The position numbers and the translations under genes were made by a program. Shown piece by piece: positions 20,543 through 29,733 of a stretch of 64,000 bases of DNA. This stretch comes from Verrucomicrobiota bacterium (GTDB lineage Bacteria > Verrucomicrobiota > Verrucomicrobiia > Limisphaerales > Palsa-1400): NCBI GenBank assembly GCA_049510745.1, contig JBEKYR010000013.1, positions 32,001-96,000 on the forward strand, given 5' to 3'. Under the pieces are notes generated by a model. That model made no database searches and was not told where the DNA came from. It saw only the letters and a program-made list of their open reading frames with translations. Numbering within the stretch: position 1 is the stretch's first letter; every line of letters starts with the position of its first letter.

Positions 20543-20627
20543 TCCCTGTCCCGCATGGAAGACGGGATGGACAAGTCACATTTGCGGTGAGATATTCAAT
20601 CAAAAGCGCCTGTCTTTGCAGGCAAAT

Positions 20628-20704
<77 letters not shown>

Positions 20705-20727
20705 TTTTTTGGCCCCCTTTTGGGTGT

Positions 20728-20751
20728 CCATCATACCACCCATCATACCAC
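20728..20751. repeat. Tandem 12-bp direct repeat (CCATCATACCAC) x2
   Basis: Perfect tandem copy starting 24 bp after the tRNA end. Confidence 0.8.
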
Positions 20752-21122
20752 TACTTTTGGCGGCCTCGGCTCGGAAGCAAAGCCGTATCGACGGCCTTAA
20801 AATGCATTATGAGCGCAGTCGCACAAACAAAAGTCGAACAGACCGATGCCCGGGAAGCGGAGAAAGAAAACCCCGCCAATCCCAACACGCCGTATTCATG
20901 CCAGGCAACGACCGCCAGCGCGAAGGCCGCCAGCGCCAGGGTGACGAACCCTAGCGCCACGATGGCGGCCGTCAGCAGCAGGGCGTTGAATAGCCCGAGG
21001 CGCTCTTCCTCCAATTCAACCACCAGCAGTTCCAGCCGGTTTTGTAAGATCGCCGGAATAGTGGCGGCCAACCGGCGCAGAGTCTCCAGCGCACCGAGTT
21101 GGACTGTTTTGTTTTCGTCCAT
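20751..21122 (-). CDS. YqjE-like (phage holin family) membrane protein, C-terminus probably truncated or replaced
   Basis: ILQNRLELLVVELEEER motif followed by TM helices; atypical tail running into the tRNA-proximal repeat. Confidence 0.65.
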   Translation of the reverse strand: MDENKTVQLGALETLRRLAATIPAILQNRLELLVVELEEERLGLFNALLLTAAIVALGFVTLALAAFALAVVAWHEYGVLGLAGFSFSASRASVCSTFVCATALIMHFKAVDTALLPSRGRQK

Positions 21123-21169
21123 GGTTTAGTTGCGGCGTCCTACTTTCATGAGTGTTCTGAGTTGAGGGT

Positions 21170-21850
21170 TTACGTCGATTTTATTAGAGGCGCATGCCCG
21201 CCTGGGCCCGCGTGGAGCGGGTCTGCTGCTGGCCTCCGCCAGACCGGCCAGGCGGTTGTCTCACCTTTGGCGGCCTTGGCGAACTGGGCGGGAAATTCGC
21301 GTTGGAGGAAGACCGTGATTTCGGGGCGGAGATTAAGCCCGCGAACTTGAAGCAGGTTGTCAAAGCTGCGTGTAATCGGTTGCGGCCGGCCTGCCTCCAG
21401 CGGACCCAGCAGAATTCTGTTATAAACGGCATCCCACGCGGGATCGACTCCATCGGTTGTCTGCCCAGAGCGACAGGCAAGGCGACGAAGGTCCTCTTCG
21501 ACGACGTTGATGGATGGACCTTGGCGAACAACGTGCGAGAAGAGACGGCCAAGTTCGACAGGGTCCTTCGCCGTCCGGCGCAAATCCTTGATGAATTCCC
21601 TCAAGAGTTGCTCAGCGAAATCCAACCCATTCCGGTATTCCTTGGGGTCGTGCTGCCGCAGATTCCGCAAAGCCTCTTGCCAGGCAGAAGAGTAGCGCGG
21701 GCGCCTGCGGAAGCTGCGGATCGATTTGGCTAGAGCCGAAACAAGGGCGCGCCGCAGGCGGACGTCGATTCTTTCGCGTAACAGTCCGGGTTGGCCGATG
21801 ATTCCGCGCGCGGATCGGTCGTTGCGGGTTGGAGGATCAGTGGTGTCCAT
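21170..21850 (-). CDS. Hypothetical protein
   Basis: 226-aa ORF co-oriented with its neighbours; no recognised motif. Confidence 0.5.
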   Translation of the reverse strand: MDTTDPPTRNDRSARGIIGQPGLLRERIDVRLRRALVSALAKSIRSFRRRPRYSSAWQEALRNLRQHDPKEYRNGLDFAEQLLREFIKDLRRTAKDPVELGRLFSHVVRQGPSINVVEEDLRRLACRSGQTTDGVDPAWDAVYNRILLGPLEAGRPQPITRSFDNLLQVRGLNLRPEITVFLQREFPAQFAKAAKGETTAWPVWRRPAADPLHAGPGGHAPLIKST

Positions 21851-21996
21851 AAACGTTCTGATTCGATTTGTGTTCCGGCAGCGATGCCGGCACCGGTAGT
21901 GTGGCTTGCATGATTCTTGTTTCGTTTGCGCATGTTTTTTGCTCCTCACTGCGGGTGTGAGAATTCTTTTTGTGAGAGTCTGGTGACACGCATCAT

Positions 21997-23115
21997 TCAG
22001 GCAGCCGCCTTTTCCAGTTCCGCCTCGGCCAACTCGGATTGGGCCGCGTCCCATTCCGCCAAGTTTTGCAGGACGGTAGCTGGGTCCTGGGATTTGTTGA
22101 CGACTTCCTCGCGGGAAATAATGCCCGCCTGAAATTTCTCCATCAGATTGCCGTCCAGTGTGACCATCCCGAACTTGGCGCCGGTCTGAATGTCCGATTG
22201 GATGCGGAAAGTCTTGTTGTCGCGTATGAGCGCGGCAATGGCCGGGGTGTTGATCATGATTTCATACGCGGCGACGCGCCCCGCCTGGTCAATGCGCGGG
22301 ATAAGCAACTGCGAAATGACCGCCTGCAGCACGGTGGAAAGCTGGATGCGGATGGTTTCCTGCTGGGTGATCGGGAAGGCGTTGACGAGACGATCGATCG
22401 TCTTGGCCGCCCCGGTGGTGTGGAGCGTGCCGAAGACCAAGTGGCCCGTTTCCGCCGCCGTGATGGCCGCTTCCATCGTTTCCAAGTCCCGCAATTCACC
22501 CACCAGAATCACGTCCGGGTCCTGCCGCAATGCCCGGCGCAAGGCCTCGGCAAAACTGGGCACGTCAACGTGGACTTCGCGCTGCGTCATGACAGCCCTT
22601 TTGGGCTTGTGATAGTATTCGATCGGGTCCTCGATGGTGATGATATGGACGTCGTCACGTTCCTCGTTGATGATGTTAATCATCGAGGCCAGGGTGGTGG
22701 TTTTGCCCGAACCGGTCGGGCCGGTGACGAGCACCAAGCCGCGCGGCTTGTGCAACAGAGTGTTGATGGTGTGCTGGGGCAGGCCGATTTCATCCAAGGT
22801 CAGCAGCTTGGTGGGGATCTGCCGCAGGACCAGGCCGAAGTTGCCCTTCTCCTTGAAAACGCTGACCCGGAACCGGGCTGCGTCGCCGAATGCAAAACCG
22901 AAGTCCGCCCCGCCTCCCTGGCGGACCTGTTGGATGTTTTCTTCGGAGGTAATGCTGCGCATGAGTTCATCGCAGTCTTGCGGGCGCAATGGCGGCCCCT
23001 CGACGCGTTGGAGAATGCCGTGGGTTCGGATAACCGGCGGAAAACCGGCGCGAACGTGCAAATCGGACGATCCCTCGGAGACCACCAACTGCAATAGATC
23101 AGACATGGCATACAT
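21997..23115 (-). CDS. pilT: Type IV pilus retraction ATPase PilT
   Basis: [50 protein letters not shown]. Confidence 0.95.
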   Translation of the reverse strand: MYAMSDLLQLVVSEGSSDLHVRAGFPPVIRTHGILQRVEGPPLRPQDCDELMRSITSEENIQQVRQGGGADFGFAFGDAARFRVSVFKEKGNFGLVLRQIPTKLLTLDEIGLPQHTINTLLHKPRGLVLVTGPTGSGKTTTLASMINIINEERDDVHIITIEDPIEYYHKPKRAVMTQREVHVDVPSFAEALRRALRQDPDVILVGELRDLETMEAAITAAETGHLVFGTLHTTGAAKTIDRLVNAFPITQQETIRIQLSTVLQAVISQLLIPRIDQAGRVAAYEIMINTPAIAALIRDNKTFRIQSDIQTGAKFGMVTLDGNLMEKFQAGIISREEVVNKSQDPATVLQNLAEWDAAQSELAEAELEKAAA

Positions 23116-23156
23116 AGATCAGCCTTTCATATTGTCAAAGTCATCGGTAACTTCAT

Positions 23157-25118
23157 TTAGTTTTTCATTCCCTCACTTTGCCCTTTGTCCGAAAACAGTC
23201 GCACCAGGGCTTCCTGAACGGCCGGGACATGCAGGTTTCCGAGGTGACCGCCGTCCGGATAAATCGTCAGATTTCTGCCGAAGGCGGAGCGAAACCAGGA
23301 AATGTCGGTCGCCGTGAGCAGAAAATCATCCTCGGATATCTGAACGCGGACTTTCGGATTATTGCGGAGTAACCCCGTGCTTTGGTCCAGGTCGGTGGCG
23401 GCCATGAGTTGCTCGCGATTTGTCACACGGCCAGTCTTGATCAAGTACGGAAGAACAAAGCGGTCCGTGTACTCTTCATAATCGATCTGCCGAATCTCGC
23501 GGTAGGACTCCTGGCGGAGAAATTTGTCCGGGTTCACCTTTAAGACGCCCAGGTTGTGCCGCCGCTGGCTGTCCTCGATGGCGGTCATGAGCGTGTAGCG
23601 GAACGCCAAACCGATCACAAAATCCGACTCGGTGCGCGTCAGGGGGATATTGCCTGAGACATCCAAGCCGTTGTCGGCAAAGTAAAGCGCCTTGTAAATG
23701 GCCACTTTCATCCGGTCGCGCCGTTCCGCGGCCGGCCAGGCCAGGGGCGCGTCGAACATTTCGTCCAGGCACCGCTCTGCGTGGGCCAGTTGCGGGGGCG
23801 GGTTGATGGCGACATAACGGTCAAAGGTCAGGCCGCCCAGTTGGCCGGCGGCTTCGCGCGCCGCAATCAGCAAGGTGAAATAGCCGCCGTGGGAAACACC
23901 GGTAAGTGAGGTTCCGGTAATCTTGTCGCCCTTCCATTTCCGCAGGTCCGCCAGGATCAATTTGAGCGCGTTCACCACGTCGTCGCAGTCCACCGGACCG
24001 TAACCCGGAACAGACATGGTTGAAGCGGATTCCATGAACTCCTTCTGGAATGGATTGGAGAAGGCCACCACGGAGTAGCCGTGCCGGTACAGCATGTCCG
24101 CATAAGCCACCGTGGATCGGTCCAAACGATAAGCCCCCAGCCCAGGGATATAACATGCCAGGGGAGCCGCCTTCTTCTGCATCCAGCAGGAGTAGGCCAG
24201 TTTCTTGCCAGTGGCCGGCACGCGTACTTTGCGCGTGACGGCCCTGTCCGCAAAATCGGGGATGACTGGTTTGAACAGTACTGCGTTCAGGGTGGGATTG
24301 GCTCGGGAATCGCTGTCGGAAGTTGGCCGGTAGTCATTGATCAACCGCTGGCGGTTCAACGAATACAAGGTGCGAGAGGCCTGGTATGGGTCCACCAGGG
24401 AATCAAGTTGGCGCTTGTAGTCCCGCGCCTCGCCGCTGACGTCATTGACCGTGATGCCGGGCCGAACGGTCATCGCCCAGACCTTGTCCGGATACGCTAA
24501 AGCCAGGTCGGAACTTATATCCATCGGCCAGTCAACAATTTTGCCCAAGGCGTCGCGGCCATTGCAGGGTCCGAGGATGGGAATAACAAGGTAGAACCCG
24601 GGACCGCAACCACAATACCCCAAGGTTTGGCCGAAATCTTCATCCGAGCGCCCGATTTTCCAATGAGTGGCTGGATCAAAAAAACCACCCAACCCGACAG
24701 TCGAGTTGGCTCCAAAACGCTTGGTTTCCTCCCATGCGCCATGCCACTTTCCTTGGAAACAACTGTTGAAGAACCTAACCGGGTAACTCAGGTTATGCCC
24801 GACATTGCTGATTCTGGTGCGAACCGGTTTTGGCACCACAAAATTATAGCCAAAACTTGCGGGATAAATCACTCCTCGGAACAGGCAATCGTTAAACGCC
24901 CAGGAGCATCGGTTGAACCCTTCGATTGGGTCGGGCACGACGTCGAAATACGGCATCTGCCCGGATTCCAGCTTGTCCGCCTTTCCATTTGGCGTGGTTC
25001 CCTGAGCCTTGAGAATGGCGGAATGCATGGTGAGGAATACCACCAACGCTAAAGCAGGCAGGCTGGACCAAGAACATTTTAGCTTGGACCCGACCAGGTA
25101 ATAGTAGTTGTTGGCCAT
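23157..25118 (-). CDS. MlaA/VacJ-family domain fused to an alpha/beta-hydrolase (lipase-like) domain
   Basis: DPIEGFNR, RFGANSTVGLGGFFDPA, EDFGQTLG, YLVIPILGP then IPGLG, GVSHGG (GxSxG), EDDFLL, GGHLGNL. Confidence 0.85.
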   Translation of the reverse strand: MANNYYYLVGSKLKCSWSSLPALALVVFLTMHSAILKAQGTTPNGKADKLESGQMPYFDVVPDPIEGFNRCSWAFNDCLFRGVIYPASFGYNFVVPKPVRTRISNVGHNLSYPVRFFNSCFQGKWHGAWEETKRFGANSTVGLGGFFDPATHWKIGRSDEDFGQTLGYCGCGPGFYLVIPILGPCNGRDALGKIVDWPMDISSDLALAYPDKVWAMTVRPGITVNDVSGEARDYKRQLDSLVDPYQASRTLYSLNRQRLINDYRPTSDSDSRANPTLNAVLFKPVIPDFADRAVTRKVRVPATGKKLAYSCWMQKKAAPLACYIPGLGAYRLDRSTVAYADMLYRHGYSVVAFSNPFQKEFMESASTMSVPGYGPVDCDDVVNALKLILADLRKWKGDKITGTSLTGVSHGGYFTLLIAAREAAGQLGGLTFDRYVAINPPPQLAHAERCLDEMFDAPLAWPAAERRDRMKVAIYKALYFADNGLDVSGNIPLTRTESDFVIGLAFRYTLMTAIEDSQRRHNLGVLKVNPDKFLRQESYREIRQIDYEEYTDRFVLPYLIKTGRVTNREQLMAATDLDQSTGLLRNNPKVRVQISEDDFLLTATDISWFRSAFGRNLTIYPDGGHLGNLHVPAVQEALVRLFSDKGQSEGMKN

Positions 25119-25147
25119 GTGGTTCCTAATATAAAAATAGCCCTGCT

Positions 25148-25897
25148 TCAAAAGAACCAAGTGAGTCCGACCATCCCCTTGATAGTGTTCACTCCCAGAT
25201 TTGGAGCGTGGAGACCGGCGCAGGACATGTGTAGGTATCCAGCCTCGAAGGTGAGAGCCAGGTTATCCCGGACGAACCAATGAGTGCCTACATTAGCCTG
25301 AAGATTAAACTCGAAAGTGCCGCTCTGGTCTGGCGGCCTAATCCCAGAGGCCGTCACCCCGGCGCCAACATCAGCGAACGGAACCCAGCGTGTGCCCGTG
25401 GCAAAGTTATAGCGCAAATGGGGCGTTAGTCCGACCAGTTCATCACTCCTCGGAGAGAACTGACCGCCACCGAAAAACTCCCCGCGGGCTTCCCAATTGC
25501 CGCCGTACCAATGCTCTTTACCCACTACATTGCCCAGCATGTGGCCATAAGAGAGGCTGAGCAAAGCCAAATCGTGAACTTGTTTGCCACCGAAGGCCTG
25601 CACGCCGAGGGCCACCCCCGTCTCAAGGCTAAATGTTCGCACATCAGACCGAAATCCCTCCCCAACTTCCCCTTGCCAGATGCTTTTCGGTTGGGGCGCA
25701 AATGCTCCCTCGTCTCCCGCGAGGACAAACCACGAGTTGCCCTCCTGCCGGACCAGTCTTCCCTGGGGGGCGAATGGCGCAGGCTGCGCGGGTGTTGGAT
25801 CGGTTGGTGGCGGCGTCAGTTCAACCTCGGCGCCCTTCGATAACGTGGCAAACGCACTCGCGATAACGACCATGATAGGTATGACGATTTTTTTCAT
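25148..25897 (-). CDS. PagL-like acyloxyacyl hydrolase outer-membrane beta-barrel
   Basis: Signal peptide; FEFNLQ, YLHMSCAG..PNLGVN (PagL HxSNA-like); terminal aromatic residues TWFF. Confidence 0.8.
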   Translation of the reverse strand: MKKIVIPIMVVIASAFATLSKGAEVELTPPPTDPTPAQPAPFAPQGRLVRQEGNSWFVLAGDEGAFAPQPKSIWQGEVGEGFRSDVRTFSLETGVALGVQAFGGKQVHDLALLSLSYGHMLGNVVGKEHWYGGNWEARGEFFGGGQFSPRSDELVGLTPHLRYNFATGTRWVPFADVGAGVTASGIRPPDQSGTFEFNLQANVGTHWFVRDNLALTFEAGYLHMSCAGLHAPNLGVNTIKGMVGLTWFF

Positions 25898-25994
25898 TCG
25901 TTCCGCGTGCGCGCCCCGCTCTTCACGGCGGATCTTGTGTTGCAGTTGACATTGCTTTGTTGCGGAACGCGGGTTGTCTTGTTGAATCAATAAT

Positions 25995-26207
25995 TCACTG
26001 GGGAACATGGTCTTCATTGTTTTTGTATCCTTTTGCATTGTTACGGTTGCGGATTTCCTCGGCGGATTGGTCGTGCCAGTCGAAACCAAGGCCAAGAGCA
26101 AAAGCGATTACCAGGAACATCACGTAGAGAGCGTTGATCGGATAGTGCGTACAACCGCTTGCGACGAGAGCAACTGCCAGAATCAAAATTGTGGATCTCA
26201 TCGTCAT
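25995..26207 (-). pseudogene. Short lipoprotein ORF, probably the 5' remnant of a larger lipoprotein gene
   Basis: Signal peptide with lipobox VASGC-THYPIN; ATGA-coupled to the upstream ORF; stops after 70 aa. Confidence 0.45.
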
Positions 26208-26467
26208 GGCTTTTCTCCATCCACCAAAAAATGCACGCCCCGCTCGCAGGCTGCCTGGTCCAGCTCCTCGCCATTCGTCGCCGGGTGCAGGGTATCGAAA
26301 TAGCGAAGCGCGCATCTAGGGCAGCAAAACACCACCGTGGGCTTCTCTTCACGAGGAATCCTGCAAAACCAGCGTCCGTCCACGATCTCTTTGTCACAGA
26401 CGAGGCATTTCTGCTGCGCGGTATCCGCATTTGACCGGGCGTTAGCTTGGAGGTTGGCAGCAGTCAT
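26204..26467 (-). CDS. Small Cys-rich, TRASH-like metal-binding protein
   Basis: CLVC...FCCPRC; ATGA overlaps with both neighbours. Confidence 0.7.
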   Translation of the reverse strand: MTAANLQANARSNADTAQQKCLVCDKEIVDGRWFCRIPREEKPTVVFCCPRCALRYFDTLHPATNGEELDQAACERGVHFLVDGEKP

Positions 26468-27072
26468 GATAATCGATTGAGCACTTCCCCCACGGAGAGC
26501 CGGACCTTGCGCGGCCAGTTTGTTCTGGCGAGCGCTATGGCGTCGGAATAACACAAGCAGTCCACCCCAGCCTCTGAAGCCAGGTGGCTTAAATAGATTT
26601 CCGCGGAAGACAACCGGGGCACAATCATTCCGCCCGTTTCCAGCAAGGCCAGCAAAGTAACCCGATGGGTTGTCTTGTGGAGCAACCGTTCTTCGATCCA
26701 TTTTGTCAATGCTTGGGGCAGTTCTCCTCCAGACAAAAGCGCGAAGAGTATGATGTCCGCCTTGGCGATGGCATCCGCAGCCACCTGGCGCATTTTGGGA
26801 TGCCAAAAGGACTTAAGACTCCACCAGGAGACTGAAAAAGTGAAGGAATGACCCAATTGCCGTGTGAGTTGTTCCTGCATGAGTTGCGCTCGCTTCCGGT
26901 TGAGGTCGTGCGCATAAACAGAAAAAAATTTTATGACAGGCTTCTGTATTTGAGACAAACGCCGGTGGCGAACTCGGGGCGGGTGAGCTTCTGGCACGGG
27001 CGTCTCGCAGCGCACGCTCAGCTTCGGGCCCCGTTCTCCCGCAATTCTTATTGGATATCGTTGAAGAGACAT
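26464..27072 (-). CDS. Hypothetical protein (start uncertain)
   Basis: Globular-looking alpha/beta C-terminal part; stop codon coupled to the next ATG. Confidence 0.55.
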   Translation of the reverse strand: MSLQRYPIRIAGERGPKLSVRCETPVPEAHPPRVRHRRLSQIQKPVIKFFSVYAHDLNRKRAQLMQEQLTRQLGHSFTFSVSWWSLKSFWHPKMRQVAADAIAKADIILFALLSGGELPQALTKWIEERLLHKTTHRVTLLALLETGGMIVPRLSSAEIYLSHLASEAGVDCLCYSDAIALARTNWPRKVRLSVGEVLNRLS

Positions 27073-27080
27073 AACTTTGG

Positions 27081-27377
27081 TTAAAGAATGTTGTGCCGTC
27101 TGATCATCCGGCGTCTAATGCGTGAGTTCAGAACGCGCGGATAGATAGGAACGGCGCTGTGAAGTCGTGGTTGGAATGGCGGGCCGTCCAGCCAACTAAT
27201 GGCGATCCGCCGAACGAGTTTCAGCGCCTCCGGCGCCCGCCGCATAAAAGTCCGTCTTGCTTGAGAGAGTTCAGTTGAATGGCTTGAATACAAATTGCCG
27301 TTGTCAAGGATGGACCCCCGGGATTCTAAAAATCCCGCGCCGAAATCCGGTTCATTCGTTTCAAGGATGGGTTTCAT
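27081..27377 (-). CDS. Small hypothetical protein
   Basis: 98-aa ORF from MKPILE, in operon orientation. Confidence 0.4.
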   Translation of the reverse strand: MKPILETNEPDFGAGFLESRGSILDNGNLYSSHSTELSQARRTFMRRAPEALKLVRRIAISWLDGPPFQPRLHSAVPIYPRVLNSRIRRRMIRRHNIL

Positions 27378-27481
27378 GTTAGTCAGTAATGGCCGCCCGG
27401 AGATTCTACCCAAGTCTGTCCGGCTTCGGAGCCGGCCGGACAGACCTGTCTGCTGGGTCGTCCTCGCGGGCCGCAAAAGGA

Positions 27482-27778
27482 TTAACGGCGGCGTCCCACG
27501 AGTATGCCGATGAGCAACGCGACGCCACAGGCGATGCCAATGGACTCATAAGGATGCTCGCGGATAGCGTGATCCGTGGTCTGGGCCGCTTTCACAGTTT
27601 TCTCTTTCAGCCGGTCGTAAGTGGCTTTGGCGGACTCCAGGGCCGAGGCCAAACGGCTGCGCACTTCGGTCAGGTTTTCGCTGTTCCCGTTCGCGGTAGC
27701 CTTGAGCAATTCCTCCGCGTCACGCAGAACCAGGTTGATGTCACTGGTTAGCTTTTGATTCGCTTCGTATGTTGTCAT
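27482..27778 (-). CDS. DUF883 / ElaB-YqjD family tail-anchored membrane protein
   Basis: DAEELLKAT, DHAIREHPYESIGIACGVALLIGILVGRR; RBS AAGGA. Confidence 0.92.
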   Translation of the reverse strand: MTTYEANQKLTSDINLVLRDAEELLKATANGNSENLTEVRSRLASALESAKATYDRLKEKTVKAAQTTDHAIREHPYESIGIACGVALLIGILVGRRR

Positions 27779-27834
27779 ATCGTTCCTTTCTTTGTTTTGC
27801 TTTTCCTGCTTTTTCCCATGTCATCACTGTTTAA

Positions 27835-27849
27835 TCAGGATTCGTGCCA
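27835..27849 (-). promoter_or_regulatory. Putative sigma54 promoter for the DUF883 operon
   Basis: TGGCAC-GAATC-CTGA; periodic array at 27920-27959. Confidence 0.6.
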
Positions 27850-28079
27850 AGGCGTTGGATTCGACGTAAGACGCTCATTTGCAATAAGATGATACTTTTT
27901 GTCTGGATTCTTAGGCGTGTCGGGATTTTGAACGTTCGAATTTCCGTGTTTTCAGTGATTGAAAATCCATCGCACTTATGACCAGATATGTTTTTAAGGT
28001 GTGTCAACTGGAAATCCCCCGCGGTTCTCGCTCCGCGCACGCTCAAATGGCGAGCGAGGTGCTCATAGGCGGCGATTAT

Positions 28080-28772
28080 TTACTTGTTCGTCGTGAGCGC
28101 GTCGGCGGATTTGCTCCAAGGTGAACGACGAAGATCCGAGGCAACCTCGGCAAAAATCCCGCCAAACGCTTGATTCCACCCCTCCATCAGCGCGGCGGCG
28201 CTTGGCGCGGTGACCGGTGTGCTGCGCGAATACTCCTGTTGAAGTATTGGTTTTGTCGGCACGCCGTTGCGGGCTTCAAAGAACACCAGGCGCATTGTCA
28301 CGACGGCGCACGGGTGCTCTGACCGTCGAAAGTCTCCATAGAACTGGGTCACGCTGATTTCAACGACGGTATTGGGCTTGAGGGCGCTGCCGGCGTCCAC
28401 CACCTCGCTGAAGCCGCCGGCTCTGCTCAACCATCCGCGCACCGGCGCCATCATCTCTTCCTCTGGCGGGTCCAGGAATTCCGCATACGGATCACGCACG
28501 TACGAGAACTCGCCTGTGCGATAGACCAGCGACCGCCCATCGAATGGCGGGGCGATTCGCAGGGATCTAATGCCCAGAACACGGTCGCCGGCGACGGCGC
28601 TACCAGAGGCGGTTGGCGGCGCGCCAAAGGTGAACGTTTGTTTGTGCAAAGGAGGTTTGGACAGGCAGCCCGACAACGAGAGGACGGCGGCAAGTATGGC
28701 CAAAATACTCACGATCCATCGATGAAAGGCGTGTGAAGTTTTCATAATGTTGGCGCCAGAGCAGGAATTCAT
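28080..28772 (-). CDS. PqiC-like ABC transport auxiliary lipoprotein
   Basis: Lipobox LSGC; LVYR..DPYAEF..P; follows an MCE gene (alternative start 28745). Confidence 0.85.
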   Translation of the reverse strand: MNSCSGANIMKTSHAFHRWIVSILAILAAVLSLSGCLSKPPLHKQTFTFGAPPTASGSAVAGDRVLGIRSLRIAPPFDGRSLVYRTGEFSYVRDPYAEFLDPPEEEMMAPVRGWLSRAGGFSEVVDAGSALKPNTVVEISVTQFYGDFRRSEHPCAVVTMRLVFFEARNGVPTKPILQQEYSRSTPVTAPSAAALMEGWNQAFGGIFAEVASDLRRSPWSKSADALTTNK

Positions 28773-29719
28773 GGTTTTGCCATTGGTTGAACGTTCTTTA
28801 CCGGGACAGGGGGTTTGCCGAGAATGAAGCCGGAGGGGTACTGTTTCAGCTCGAATAAAACATCGTCCGCCTCATGCAACGTGCGCGAAGCGTTGTGCAG
28901 TGTTTGATTCAATGCATCGAAATCAAGGTTCGCCAAGCCGGGCTCCAGCGCGCAGATCACCGCGTCGGCGTCATGTGTCAATTTTTCCAATTGCATTTTT
29001 TTCACAGTGTCGTCGGTGTGATCGAGGAAAGATTGGAGTTTTGCGTTGCTGCCCCGCAGTTCCGTCAACAGGGCGTTGGCATTGGTGCCCAGGCTTTCCA
29101 AGTCTATCCGCTCGACGCGGCCCAGCAAGCGGCCAACCGATTTGAGATCGACTTCAGCCAAATGATCCAAGGCGACCACATCAACCCGATCCAGCTTGTG
29201 CAACGCCTCGCGCATGGAAACGAGCAAATCCCCTATCAAACCCGGCGCCGAAGGAATATAGGTCTGCCGGGGCGTCCATGGAACTTTCAGCGGCGGGTTC
29301 TCAGCCGGGTTCAGAAACTCCAGCGACATAATGCAGGTGCCGGTAACCCCTAGCGCCTTGGGACAAACGCGCAAACCGTGTTCAATGGCCTTCTGGAGCC
29401 GCTCGTTGCGCTCCTTGCCTGGCGGCAAAATGGAAACATCATCGTTCATCTCGAAAACGACCACGACGTAACCCGGTGAGGCATCCTCGTATTCGTTCCA
29501 GGTAAATCCAATGCTGGTGACTTTGCCAACGCGCACGCCTCGAAGTTCAACGGCCGAACCGACTGAAAGCCCGCTCACATCGGTCGTGACATAGGTTTCG
29601 AACATGCTCGACTTTTTAAGGTTGCTCCATACACCGAACGCCAGCAGGCCAGTCACGACAAGGCCCACGCCAATGAAGGCAAACAGGCCGATTTTGAAAT
29701 TGTTTATTTTCGCGCTCAT
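28769..29719 (-). CDS. mlaD: MlaD/MCE family protein with helical C-terminal region
   Basis: N-terminal TM helix; VSGLSVGSAVELRGVRVGKV MCE motif. Confidence 0.9.
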   Translation of the reverse strand: MSAKINNFKIGLFAFIGVGLVVTGLLAFGVWSNLKKSSMFETYVTTDVSGLSVGSAVELRGVRVGKVTSIGFTWNEYEDASPGYVVVVFEMNDDVSILPPGKERNERLQKAIEHGLRVCPKALGVTGTCIMSLEFLNPAENPPLKVPWTPRQTYIPSAPGLIGDLLVSMREALHKLDRVDVVALDHLAEVDLKSVGRLLGRVERIDLESLGTNANALLTELRGSNAKLQSFLDHTDDTVKKMQLEKLTHDADAVICALEPGLANLDFDALNQTLHNASRTLHEADDVLFELKQYPSGFILGKPPVPVKNVQPMAKP

Positions 29720-29733
29720 AAGTATCTGGTTAG

